Positions 36,942 to 46,093 of a DNA stretch of 64,000 nucleotides are shown here, in pieces. The position numbers and the translations under genes were made by a program. Below the pieces are notes generated by a model. That model was not told where the DNA came from. It worked only from the letters and a program-made list of their open reading frames with translations, and ran no database searches. Source of the stretch: a virus (Duplodnaviria; Caudoviricetes). How positions within the stretch are numbered: the stretch's first letter is position 1; every line of letters begins with the position of its first letter. Where the stretch lies: positions 1 through 64,000 of the IMG/VR virus record IMGVR_UViG_3300000203_000003; one strand, 5' to 3'.

Positions 36942-38423
36942 ATGACAAAAAAATGTATTATACATATAGCCGATGAAGTGAACCTCAAGATTACCGGCCT
37001 GGAACTTTCGGAGCGAAAGGCCCTGATGAAGCTATTCTCCTTCGATGTGCCGGGAGCGCGATATATGCCAAGTGTCCGATTGGGGCGCTGGGATGGCAAG
37101 GTCAGCTTCTTCTCACTGGGTGGGTCAAGCTACATCAATCTGCTTGAAGAAATCATCCCCGTAGTTGATCGCGCAGGATACGACATTGAAGTAGAAGATA
37201 CCCGAGACTATTCAACATCGTTTACATTCGACATGGTCAAAGAAGATACATATTCCTCGACACTATGGCCCAAGGGGCATCCGGTTGAAGGCACGCCGAT
37301 CATGCTACGTGACTATCAAGTTGAAATCGTGAATAACTTCCTGGCGAACCCACAATGTCTCCAGGAGATTGCCACAGGTGCTGGCAAGACTTTGATGACA
37401 GCATCGTTAAGCAAGAGCGTTGAAGCATATGGACGATCAATCGTTATCGTCCCTAACATTAGTCTGGTCACACAAACAGAAGCAGATTACATCAACATGG
37501 GACTTGACGTTGGGGTATACTTCGGCGGCAGAAAAGAGATTGGCAAAACGCACACAATCTGCACCTGGCAATCATTAAATGTTCTGCTGAAGAATACTAA
37601 AGCGGGTACCGGTGACACAACTATCGGTGAGTTTCTTGAAGGTGTTGTCTGTGTCATTGTTGACGAGGTGCACCAGGCCAAGGCAGATGCGCTGAAAACA
37701 TTGCTGACAGGCGTGATGGCGAAGATACCAATCAGATGGGGTCTGACTGGTACGATACCTAAAGCGAAGTTTGAAAGTCAAGCATTGCTTGTCAGTCTTG
37801 GTCCTGTTATTAATAAGTTGGCAGCATCAGAATTACAAGAACAAGGGGTGTTGGCAAATTGCCATGTGAACATCATTCAATTACAAGACAAGGTTGAGTA
37901 TACGAATTATCAGCAAGAGTTAAAATATCTTGTCAGTGATGACACACGAATGACGGCGATTGCCAGTGAGATTGCTAAAGTAAATCGAACCGGTAACACT
38001 CTGGTACTTGTTGACCGAATTGAAGCAGGCGAAATACTGTTGAGTAAACTCGCCGGCCATAGCACACTCAAAGATGATGTGGTGTTCGTATCAGGCGGGA
38101 CCAAGTCATCTACCCGCACAGAACAATATGAAGATGTGGCCACAGCAACAAATAAGATCATCATTGCCACATACGGTGTAGCAGCAGTTGGTATTAATAT
38201 TCCTCGGTTATTCAACGTTGTGTTGATCGAACCAGGGAAGAGTTTTGTCCGAACTATTCAAAGTATCGGACGAGGGTTGCGTATGGCCCACGACAAATCG
38301 TTTGTTCAAATAACGGATATCACTTCAAGTTGTAAGTTCTCTAAGAGGCATCTTACCCAAAGAAAAGCTTTCTACAAGGATGCGAAGTATCCCTTCGATG
38401 TAACTAAAGTCAACTACAAATAA
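36942..38423 (+). CDS. uvsW: SF2 DNA helicase UvsW-like
   Basis: LRDYQ, ATGAGKT, VDEVH, GLTGT, QSIGRGLR. Confidence 0.9.
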   Translation: MTKKCIIHIADEVNLKITGLELSERKALMKLFSFDVPGARYMPSVRLGRWDGKVSFFSLGGSSYINLLEEIIPVVDRAGYDIEVEDTRDYSTSFTFDMVKEDTYSSTLWPKGHPVEGTPIMLRDYQVEIVNNFLANPQCLQEIATGAGKTLMTASLSKSVEAYGRSIVIVPNISLVTQTEADYINMGLDVGVYFGGRKEIGKTHTICTWQSLNVLLKNTKAGTGDTTIGEFLEGVVCVIVDEVHQAKADALKTLLTGVMAKIPIRWGLTGTIPKAKFESQALLVSLGPVINKLAASELQEQGVLANCHVNIIQLQDKVEYTNYQQELKYLVSDDTRMTAIASEIAKVNRTGNTLVLVDRIEAGEILLSKLAGHSTLKDDVVFVSGGTKSSTRTEQYEDVATATNKIIIATYGVAAVGINIPRLFNVVLIEPGKSFVRTIQSIGRGLRMAHDKSFVQITDITSSCKFSKRHLTQRKAFYKDAKYPFDVTKVNYK

Positions 38424-38459
38424 CTTGACAACCCCCTCACTAACCTGCTATAATACACT

Positions 38460-38963
38460 ATGTTCATACTTACCCTTGATAATAATTCCAGATACAATCT
38501 TGAAACTCTGCCTGAAGAGATAGATGATTTAAGATTCGCAATTCTGGATAACAGCAATCCTCTCAATGTAGATTATCATTACATTCCGTTGATCTTTCTG
38601 GAATCGTTTAACTCGCCTGCATTAGTTTTGAAGATTGGTAAACACACAATGAAGATGCCTGTTGATTGGCAAATCGTAATCGGCGAAAAAGAACACGGTG
38701 ATCTTGAAACATTGCCACTGACAAGTATCAATGACCGTGGATTCAATGCGTTTGAGTTCAATCCGTTATCTTCATTCTCCCCGACATTTCTGCCTATTGA
38801 AATTGTTGACATTTATAATGATGTGACATGGTATGCCCCGCGATTGAAGAACGGTCAGTTTTTGTGTGTTCCACTAGAAGACGGACCGAAACCGGCATGC
38901 GTTTACTTTGTTAAAGAAGTATCAAGGAACTGTGAAATTATTGACTACGCTCAGGTATTCTGA
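38460..38963 (+). CDS. Hypothetical protein
   Basis: Promoter TTGACA-18-TATAAT directly upstream. Confidence 0.75.
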   Translation: MFILTLDNNSRYNLETLPEEIDDLRFAILDNSNPLNVDYHYIPLIFLESFNSPALVLKIGKHTMKMPVDWQIVIGEKEHGDLETLPLTSINDRGFNAFEFNPLSSFSPTFLPIEIVDIYNDVTWYAPRLKNGQFLCVPLEDGPKPACVYFVKEVSRNCEIIDYAQVF

Positions 38964-39262
38964 TGAAAACTCATGCCGAAATTATTAATGAGGTACATGC
39001 TGCTATCGTGAAGGAGTGGCCTACTGAAATGTTAAATGACTTTTTCTTGACAGGCCTGCGAGATGATGATACAATGAGCAAGTATCATATGAATCTAGGT
39101 ATGTACATTCGAAACAAATATAACCTGTGGTCTATTCCATGGACACCGGTAATGGAAGATATGCATGGATGCCAGTGTGATTGTTCACCGTATCATCCTG
39201 ACGCCGTGAGTGGAACTATCATTCAAGAAGTATGGAAAAAGGGAATGCCAAATGGCAACTAA
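38963..39262 (+). CDS. Hypothetical protein
   Basis: YH..LG.YIRN.Y.LW..HPD..S..II..VW. Confidence 0.7.
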   Translation: MKTHAEIINEVHAAIVKEWPTEMLNDFFLTGLRDDDTMSKYHMNLGMYIRNKYNLWSIPWTPVMEDMHGCQCDCSPYHPDAVSGTIIQEVWKKGMPNGN

Positions 39263-39842
39263 AGCAAAAGCACCCGGGACAGAAAAGTTCGCTGATCAAG
39301 AGGTTGATCTGTTCGGAATCCTTGCAGCTATTGACAAGAAGGATTACGGATACTATGAACGGCTCAGTGACATTCAACAAAAGAAGGTTGCGCTGTTCAT
39401 TCTTGTTCACTGGACCTCTGCGATAAAAGCATCTGCGGAGATTCAAGGATACTATCTGCGTTCGGTTGATTATCATGCGAACAAGTATCTGTTCAATGAG
39501 AATGTGATGCGTCATCCGAAGTTGATATGGCTGATGTTGTGCGCCAGTTCTCCGGGCCTGGGTAAATATCAGCATCAATGGATTCCGCATATCAGCCCTA
39601 AGGTGTCAACGCTGACAGCGGATGCGAATCTGGCTGATATGAAAAAGTATTACACGAAGCTGTATCCGAAAGCAACAGCAAATGATATCACGGAACTCTC
39701 AAAAGAGTTTGTTCGTGATCAAAAACGAAAACGCTATCTGGCCACAATCTATCCTAATCTGAAACTATCTGATGTTGAAACCCTTAGTCATATCATCACC
39801 GATGAAGAAATCAACCAATACGAAGCCGACCGAGGAAACTAA
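39252..39842 (+). CDS. Hypothetical protein
   Basis: Operon packing. Confidence 0.7.
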   Translation: MATKAKAPGTEKFADQEVDLFGILAAIDKKDYGYYERLSDIQQKKVALFILVHWTSAIKASAEIQGYYLRSVDYHANKYLFNENVMRHPKLIWLMLCASSPGLGKYQHQWIPHISPKVSTLTADANLADMKKYYTKLYPKATANDITELSKEFVRDQKRKRYLATIYPNLKLSDVETLSHIITDEEINQYEADRGN

Positions 39843-40518
39843 ACCGGTATTCTCTTGTGAGTTTTGTCGCAGAGTATTCCTTCGTGAGAAAACCATGTTC
39901 ACGCATATATGTGAGCGGAAACATCGTTGGGCTGAAAAAGATAAACAGGGTCCTCGCATCGGCTTTCAAGCATGGCTACAGTTCTATGCGAAGAATTCAA
40001 TGGGCAAGAAGAATCGCACCCAGGAAGAGTTCATCAAAAGCGCATACTACACGGCGTTCATCAAGTTCGGAACATACTGTGCCGGCGCGAATGTTGTTAA
40101 TGTAAGTAGATACACTGACTGGCTGCTGAAAGAACAGATCCGAATTGACAGTTGGAATCAAGATACCAACTATACCAAATTCCTTATAGAGTATATCCGC
40201 GTCGAGGATCCGATGGATGCGCTGGCCCGCAGCATTGAAACGACAATCAAAATGGCTGAAACGGAACGGATTTTGGCGCATGATATTCTGCGTTATGGGA
40301 ACCCGAATAAGATATGCTATCAAATCACGCTTGGAAAGATAAGTCCCTGGATGCTTTACCAGAGCGAAAGTGGCGTAGAGTTTTTATCAAAACTAAATGC
40401 TGACCAAGTACGAATCATTAATGACTACATAAATCCCGAGCAATGGGCAATCAAGTTTAAACGGGATCCGGAATCAGCAACGCAAGTAAAAGACTTATTG
40501 GTCGCTGCTGGCTATTAA
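39802..40518 (+). CDS. Hypothetical protein with N-terminal zinc finger
   Basis: CEFC...F......H.C. Confidence 0.7.
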   Translation: MKKSTNTKPTEETKPVFSCEFCRRVFLREKTMFTHICERKHRWAEKDKQGPRIGFQAWLQFYAKNSMGKKNRTQEEFIKSAYYTAFIKFGTYCAGANVVNVSRYTDWLLKEQIRIDSWNQDTNYTKFLIEYIRVEDPMDALARSIETTIKMAETERILAHDILRYGNPNKICYQITLGKISPWMLYQSESGVEFLSKLNADQVRIINDYINPEQWAIKFKRDPESATQVKDLLVAAGY

Positions 40519-41087
40519 TTTAGCTGCTTTGGTTGCTTTACATTTAGCAATACTTTCAGCAGTATTAGTATTAAGTGTTCCGTTCTTGCGCCTGCTCTCT
40601 TTTAATTTAGCTTTGCTCTCATCAGTCCAAGTATTGAGATTACCGTTTTTGCGTCTGGTAGCGATTCGCTTGGCGATATTCTCCGGAGTAGGTTTTAATG
40701 TTCCGTTTGCTGCCATTGTTGCTAATCTTTTTTTGGTGCTTTCAGGCTTAGTTAAGTATGTATTGTTAGACCTCCGCGCCGCGACGACCTTGGCAATTAT
40801 TTCGGGGGTAGTACCGCCGTTACCGGATTCCGGTTTTAAGTTGGCCCATTCATCACTCTCGACAACGTTCCATTCTTCACTGTAATGGATTCCCATTCTT
40901 TAAGTTCATCTTTGGATTGGCACTCGCGGATTATTTCGGTTGTTATATCTTTGCCGTGTTTATTTAAATGGCGCTCCCAATGTAAACCTGAACCGAGGTA
41001 TTTGTGAGGATCTTTGCGTTTTGTCTGACAGAGGTATTTTAGACCGGTAATATTATGGGTCTTTACCATGAGGTAATAAATAGTCAT
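40495..41087 (-). pseudogene. GIY-YIG-type homing endonuclease split by a frameshift near 40893
   Basis: YLMVKTH..TGLKYL.QT..Y.GSG..W then ELKEW|GIHYS..WNVVES..WANL.PESG.GG in another frame; one G missing. Confidence 0.78.
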
Positions 41088-41160
41088 GCTGGTGCTCCTT
41101 ATTTAGTTATAGCATTAGAGAGGGTGGGAAGTCCAATTCCGCGATCCTCACTTCTATTTA
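41077..41160 (+). ncRNA. HEG-leader module copy D
   Basis: CTGGTGCT/AGCATTAG; GAGGGT-G-GGAA/TTCC-GCG-ATCCTC; TAAATA at both ends. Confidence 0.7.
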
Positions 41161-41168
41161 TCTTCGGC

Positions 41169-41197
41169 TTGACATTAAATCATTTTTATGTTATAAT
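41169..41197 (+). promoter_or_regulatory. Early promoter driving the small-gene array
   Basis: TTGACATTAAAT..TATAAT, 17-nt spacer. Confidence 0.8.
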
Positions 41198-41228
41198 GTA
41201 TTGTACTTAAAACAAGCAGGATACTGAA

Positions 41229-41453
41229 ATGGATTACAGTAGAGATGTTGACATTGATGTTAAAGATGAGAATCACTTTGACGAACTCCTTGATTGGTGC
41301 GAACAAAATGTAGCCGTGTTGCCAGTTAGTGCAAGTTGCTTGCCGTGGACATGGTCTGGTGATGCTACTCATTCGCCAACTACATCACACAACAATACCT
41401 TCTCCTTTGCGCGTCAGAGCGATGCCATGATGTTTATCCTGAGGTGGTTATGA
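41229..41453 (+). CDS. F-x-L-R-W family protein 1
   Basis: Ends FSFARQSDAMMFILRWL. Confidence 0.75.
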   Translation: MDYSRDVDIDVKDENHFDELLDWCEQNVAVLPVSASCLPWTWSGDATHSPTTSHNNTFSFARQSDAMMFILRWL

Positions 41454-41683
41454 ACGCCAAGCAACGCCGACAAATCGAACGCCGACTCTGCCATAAGGTT
41501 GTCTTCCGCTATAAACCATACACTGATTTTGACGAAGACGACCTGGACGAGGAAGTTCAACACCGGTGTAATAAGAATATCGGACGAGAGAACTGGAGAA
41601 GGGATCAAGGTGGCTGGGCATCTCGTGGATACTTCTTTGCTGATCAGAAGCATGTTACCTTGTTTGTATTGAGGTGGTTATGA
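41450..41683 (+). CDS. F-x-L-R-W family protein 2
   Basis: Ends FFADQKHVTLFVLRWL. Confidence 0.75.
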   Translation: MNAKQRRQIERRLCHKVVFRYKPYTDFDEDDLDEEVQHRCNKNIGRENWRRDQGGWASRGYFFADQKHVTLFVLRWL

Positions 41684-41874
41684 CTACTTTTAATTTTAAT
41701 GTAAACGATTTTCCTAATTTACGTGAGGAGTTTGGTCGATCAAACTATACCAATTGGATCACTTTTTTATATGATCTTGGGTATAAATTTCGTTGGAATC
41801 ATTATGCTTCAAATAAAAAATTCGTTGAAATGGATGAGGCTGATTTTGTGTGGTTCTCATTGAGGTGGTCATGA
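41680..41874 (+). CDS. F-x-L-R-W family protein 3
   Basis: Ends MDEADFVWFSLRWS. Confidence 0.75.
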   Translation: MTTFNFNVNDFPNLREEFGRSNYTNWITFLYDLGYKFRWNHYASNKKFVEMDEADFVWFSLRWS

Positions 41875-42119
41875 TATACACTGACATTAACTCATTGTAT
41901 CCAAACATTATGTCATATATACCACAGAAATTCTTCAAAATCGCTGAGGCTGAAGTGGATGGTGCCATGTGGTATACTCTGTTCATTGAACCTGAGGTTA
42001 TGATGTGGTTGAAGTCTATTAACTCATCTCAGTGGGTATATGAGCCCGGCGGCAGCTGGCGGCTGTATGTTGATGTTCACGAACAACTTTATTCGGCACT
42101 GGTGCTGCGCTGGGGTTAA
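41871..42119 (+). CDS. F-x-L-R-W family protein 4 (PolB-motif-like N-terminus)
   Basis: Begins YTDINSLYPNIM; ends ALVLRWG. Confidence 0.75.
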   Translation: MIYTDINSLYPNIMSYIPQKFFKIAEAEVDGAMWYTLFIEPEVMMWLKSINSSQWVYEPGGSWRLYVDVHEQLYSALVLRWG

Positions 42120-42120
42120 T

Positions 42121-42339
42121 ATGGCGAAGTATCATTCAGAAGGCGGCCAGTTTGACCCGGAGTTTAGACACCGGGTAAGCGTTGATCGTCCAACTTATGA
42201 AATGATCGAATGGTGTAATCAGTATCCGACGAAAGGATCCGGTGACCGGTATTACATAAAGTGGAGTCCTCGCACCAGTGCTATTTTTTCGTTTGAAACA
42301 GAGGAACCAAGTATTATGTTTGCGTTGAGGTGGTTATGA
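42121..42339 (+). CDS. F-x-L-R-W family protein 5
   Basis: Ends FSFETEEPSIMFALRWL. Confidence 0.75.
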   Translation: MAKYHSEGGQFDPEFRHRVSVDRPTYEMIEWCNQYPTKGSGDRYYIKWSPRTSAIFSFETEEPSIMFALRWL

Positions 42340-42524
42340 AGGTATATCAAGTTGTGGGTTATCCGAAAAGTCATTACTTCGTCAGAACCTGGTGTGAGTT
42401 TGATGAGATAATGCGCTGGATGCATAAGAACAAAGTGGGCTATCTACATGAATCCTATAGCCATCACGGCATCGGATTCAGTCTTCGTTCTAATGCTGAA
42501 TGGTTTCTATTGAGGTGGGAATGA
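42336..42524 (+). CDS. F-x-L-R-W family protein 6
   Basis: Ends AEWFLLRWE. Confidence 0.75.
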   Translation: MKVYQVVGYPKSHYFVRTWCEFDEIMRWMHKNKVGYLHESYSHHGIGFSLRSNAEWFLLRWE

Positions 42525-42808
42525 AACTTAAAAAACTTGACAAACGAATGACTGGGTATGGTGACTTTCAATACTCTGTGGACTTCCCGGTTAACCGCGG
42601 TAAGGTCCTGATGGATTTCTTTGAAGTGCGGGAATGGTGCTTTGAACAATGGGGAAGATCCGCAGAGATTGATATATGGCAGAAGTTCCCGCAGATTCAG
42701 AATCCTGCTTGGGCATGGGAACGCGGAGAATACAACAAGATGTATCGGTGCAGAATCTTTCTGGCATCAGATAAAGAAGCTGAATGGTTTCTATTGAGGT
42801 GGTTATGA
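42521..42808 (+). CDS. F-x-L-R-W family protein 7
   Basis: EVREWC..W; ends DKEAEWFLLRWL. Confidence 0.75.
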   Translation: MKLKKLDKRMTGYGDFQYSVDFPVNRGKVLMDFFEVREWCFEQWGRSAEIDIWQKFPQIQNPAWAWERGEYNKMYRCRIFLASDKEAEWFLLRWL

Positions 42809-43089
42809 ATCTCTTTTACGAACTTGCTGATACTATGGTGTGTAAACGACCTGACGGACAAAAGTATCTGGCTCAGTATGGGCTGAAACTCAACAGGGTT
42901 ATGGATCCGGCAACTTTTGAAATGGTTGATACCCTCAACTACAACCGTCGAGCATTGTGGTATTCAGATAGAGTCTGGCTTGAGGGAGACACCGAAGTCA
43001 AGTATTTCAAGAATAGATTTACCGGTGACGATACAGTAGTTGATATGAAGGAATTTATGTGGATTAAACTAAAGGCTCAAACATTATGA
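42805..43089 (+). CDS. Array protein 8 (divergent C-terminus)
   Basis: Ends EFMWIKLKAQTL. Confidence 0.7.
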   Translation: MNLFYELADTMVCKRPDGQKYLAQYGLKLNRVMDPATFEMVDTLNYNRRALWYSDRVWLEGDTEVKYFKNRFTGDDTVVDMKEFMWIKLKAQTL

Positions 43090-43334
43090 GTTGGCAAAAC
43101 GATTTGATAGAGGCTCAGAATTGGTTTAAGTTTGAACCAATGGACGCACAAACGCTGGCTGAACTTGATAAAGTGTTCCGAGCAAAACGCCCAGGACCCT
43201 GGAAGATGACCTGGAATAGAAACGCCGCGAACTATTCATACAACAGACTACGAGCAATGAATGAGTATCTGGTTTGCATTGTATTTGAAAATGAACAAGA
43301 CGAAGTATGGTGGTTATTACAAAATGGAGACTGA
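43086..43334 (+). CDS. Array protein 9 (divergent C-terminus)
   Basis: Ends FENEQDEVWWLLQNGD. Confidence 0.7.
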   Translation: MSWQNDLIEAQNWFKFEPMDAQTLAELDKVFRAKRPGPWKMTWNRNAANYSYNRLRAMNEYLVCIVFENEQDEVWWLLQNGD

Positions 43335-43581
43335 GGAAGAATTCAACAAACGAGTCAGCAGATTCGTTCAACTGGGACTGATGATGGGTGGTAACATGCC
43401 AGTAGATTATATCACTTGTATTGAAGTGAACTGGTATGAATCGTTTGCTCTGCTACCGCACAAAACAATCGCCGGCAAATGGGTATGGTTCAGAAAGATA
43501 TTCAAACGACGAGTATGGAAATGCACCGGCTTCGCTGACGAACCCTTTACTGAATACGGAGAACTATTTGATCTGTTATGA
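43324..43581 (+). CDS. Array protein 10 (unrelated small protein)
   Basis: W.ESFA.LP..TI.G.WVW. Confidence 0.65.
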   Translation: METEEEFNKRVSRFVQLGLMMGGNMPVDYITCIEVNWYESFALLPHKTIAGKWVWFRKIFKRRVWKCTGFADEPFTEYGELFDLL

Positions 43582-43976
43582 TTACCTATATCAAAGATAA
43601 AACTCGGCAGTTTTTTCATGCCCGTGATTTGAAACGGATGGGAATAACGCAGGCACAATATGATCGTGCGTATGATCCTGATATCAATTTCCGTGCCACC
43701 AGAGTGAGAGATATGTATCCGGGCTATCCGTATGTTTTTGAAAAACAATACTCTGATGCGTTCTGGAGTCAATTCGGCGACTGGGAACAGGGTCTGACTA
43801 TGATGAGAGTATGGTGCCAGGCGAACTGCCAAAGCAAATGGCGCGATGACTTTCACCGAGTGATGAAAGATTACTGGAGTGAATGGGTGTGTAGTGAAAT
43901 CGGCGGCGGAGATGTTCTGTTCTTCGCTTTCAAAAGTGAGCAAGAGTATATGTGGTTTACACTGAGGTGGGCATGA
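43578..43976 (+). CDS. F-x-L-R-W family protein 11
   Basis: Ends FAFKSEQEYMWFTLRWA. Confidence 0.75.
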   Translation: MITYIKDKTRQFFHARDLKRMGITQAQYDRAYDPDINFRATRVRDMYPGYPYVFEKQYSDAFWSQFGDWEQGLTMMRVWCQANCQSKWRDDFHRVMKDYWSEWVCSEIGGGDVLFFAFKSEQEYMWFTLRWA

Positions 43977-44206
43977 AATACAGAGAATACGAATTACTCA
44001 ATGATCCGGGATATGTTGATGAATATTGCGTCGATCTATCACCGTATCCAGTGGATCGGACCGAGGAAGAACGGGCTAAATTGTGGCAGATTTCAGTTGA
44101 TGCTATAGATAATTTTAACGCCGACTCATTGGGTTCAAGATTGTTTTTCAAATCTGATGATGACCGACAGAAGTTTTTAACTTGGTATACATTGAGGTGG
44201 ACATGA
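43973..44206 (+). CDS. F-x-L-R-W family protein 12
   Basis: Ends FLTWYTLRWT. Confidence 0.75.
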   Translation: MKYREYELLNDPGYVDEYCVDLSPYPVDRTEEERAKLWQISVDAIDNFNADSLGSRLFFKSDDDRQKFLTWYTLRWT

Positions 44207-44454
44207 AGTTCTGGAACAAAGATAAAGATATTCGGCGCAGATGCTGGACCAAAGTGAATCACCCTCTGAGGACTGCTCGTTGGGTGCTGAACTCAGGTGA
44301 TGCTATCTTTACCGAGCGTCTTCTCTATGAGGATTTGAAGCGTTGGTGTCAGCAACAGGCAAGCCCCGGACGATTCTATCACTACTACGGTGCAGATTCA
44401 TGGTGGTTTGAGAACCCACATGACGCCACGCACTTTCTATTGAGGTGGGCATAA
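44203..44454 (+). CDS. F-x-L-R-W family protein 13
   Basis: Ends WFENPHDATHFLLRWA. Confidence 0.75.
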   Translation: MKFWNKDKDIRRRCWTKVNHPLRTARWVLNSGDAIFTERLLYEDLKRWCQQQASPGRFYHYYGADSWWFENPHDATHFLLRWA

Positions 44455-44466
44455 CAAAGTAAATAT

Positions 44467-45681
44467 ATGATGAATAAACCTATCTTCTGCGCTTTAGCCT
44501 TCGGATCCGTAAACATAACCACTGAAAATAAGTATTTACCTTGTTGTAATGTTGTACACGGGGAATACAAGTCTAACTACCTTGATCTAGACTCGCCGGG
44601 CGTGCCAACGGCCCGTCTTAATAATTCATGGTTAGTTGATGTGCGGCGGCACCTGAATCAGGGAATATGGCATGAATCTTGTTCATTGTGCGAACACTCA
44701 GAAAAACAAGGCGGTCAGTCGATGCGTAATATTTGGAATATTGCTCTTGCTGACTATTATATTCCCGCTGACTCGGTCGTGAATCCGGACCATGTCAGAT
44801 ATATTAGTGTGGCGTTTAGCAATAAGTGCAATAGCAAGTGCATGACTTGTTCTCCGGATAGCAGTAGCCTTTGGTATGAAGAATTCAATGAGATATCTCA
44901 GGATAAATACATTTACCAGATAATACCGTCGACGGACAGAATACATAGCACCCCGGCCGCACTTCTCAAAACTTTTCCAAATGCTGAACATATCTCTTTG
45001 TTGGGCGGCGAACCGACTATCGCATTTGAGCATGATTCTCTTATAAATGAATTAGTTACTTCTAACAGAAGTAAAAATGTCAGCTTGACGTATGTAACCA
45101 ATCTCACGGGAATCACAGACGAACTCTTAGAAACCTGGAAAAAATTTAAACATGTTACTATTATGGCGTCGATTGACGGGGTGGGGCTGAGTAATGAGTA
45201 TATACGATATCCATTTAAATGGGAAAAAATTGAAAGAAATCTAACACGCCTTTTTGAGTTATCAAAAACTGATCAAATATCAGTTGGATTAAGTTGTACT
45301 GCTGGCATGTTTAACTGCATTGATATTGCTGATTTATTGTTGTATTGGTATAATAAAAGTAAAGAATATGGAATTGATTTCGGAGTATATGTAAATATAG
45401 TGACTAATCCTGAATATGTCGTATCTAACATAATGACAGATAAACACAGATCCGAGGGAATAGAACGATTAAAAATCGTAAAGGAATTATTCGATGCTGA
45501 TACCAATTTAAATACATCCTATTCCGCAGCAGTATCTTTATTGATTACTCATTTGTCATTGCCCAGAGCGAACTCTGACCTTATTAATACTGCAAAGCAT
45601 TTCATATTAGCATCCGATAAATTTAGAAATAGGAGTATCAAAGACTATATTCCGAAAGTATGGCAAGACCTATTTGAATGA
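44467..45681 (+). CDS. Radical SAM protein with N-terminal Cys-rich (SPASM/Twitch-like) segment
   Basis: CNSKCMTC CxxxCxxC, GGEP, SIDG; N-terminal FC..PCC..C..C. Confidence 0.85.
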   Translation: MMNKPIFCALAFGSVNITTENKYLPCCNVVHGEYKSNYLDLDSPGVPTARLNNSWLVDVRRHLNQGIWHESCSLCEHSEKQGGQSMRNIWNIALADYYIPADSVVNPDHVRYISVAFSNKCNSKCMTCSPDSSSLWYEEFNEISQDKYIYQIIPSTDRIHSTPAALLKTFPNAEHISLLGGEPTIAFEHDSLINELVTSNRSKNVSLTYVTNLTGITDELLETWKKFKHVTIMASIDGVGLSNEYIRYPFKWEKIERNLTRLFELSKTDQISVGLSCTAGMFNCIDIADLLLYWYNKSKEYGIDFGVYVNIVTNPEYVVSNIMTDKHRSEGIERLKIVKELFDADTNLNTSYSAAVSLLITHLSLPRANSDLINTAKHFILASDKFRNRSIKDYIPKVWQDLFE

Positions 45682-45866
45682 GAAAGACATATAGATACGA
45701 CCATAAGATCAGCGGTAAAGAGGATAAGATCACCCTCGTCAAATGGCTACGGAGAAACTTAGGGAACAGAGGTGAAGGATGGGACTTTACTTTATCCGGA
45801 GGATATGTTACAATAGACATATGGGATTCGAGGCTCCAGACAATGTACGAAATGTGGAAAGAATGA
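45678..45866 (+). CDS. Small hypothetical protein
   Basis: KWLRRNLG.RG.GWDF. Confidence 0.65.
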   Translation: MRKTYRYDHKISGKEDKITLVKWLRRNLGNRGEGWDFTLSGGYVTIDIWDSRLQTMYEMWKE

Positions 45867-46090
45867 GAACAGACAAGCATACAAAACAGGACACCTGGCG
45901 ACAGCTAAAAGGGTTGGAGCCAGTACAATCTTGGAAATGTAGATTGGGCATTCATCAGTGGACAAATTGGGAATTGTTTGAAGATGAATATGAACGCGGC
46001 AGAGTATCAGTGGCACAATGCTATTGTGCCCGATGTGGCATGCCCCGACGAGAATCCCCACTGACACGAAAAACAAAGAAAGCAACATAA
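45863..46090 (+). CDS. Small zinc-binding hypothetical protein
   Basis: CRLGIHQW..C..C.RCG. Confidence 0.65.
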   Translation: MRTDKHTKQDTWRQLKGLEPVQSWKCRLGIHQWTNWELFEDEYERGRVSVAQCYCARCGMPRRESPLTRKTKKAT

Positions 46091-46093
46091 TGG

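Noticed and set aside
41440-44448. CRISPR array or integron attC sites for the recurring TGAGGTGG
   Set aside because: The repeat is 8-24 nt, spacing is gene-sized and irregular, there is no palindromic attC structure, and no cas or integrase gene is in the window
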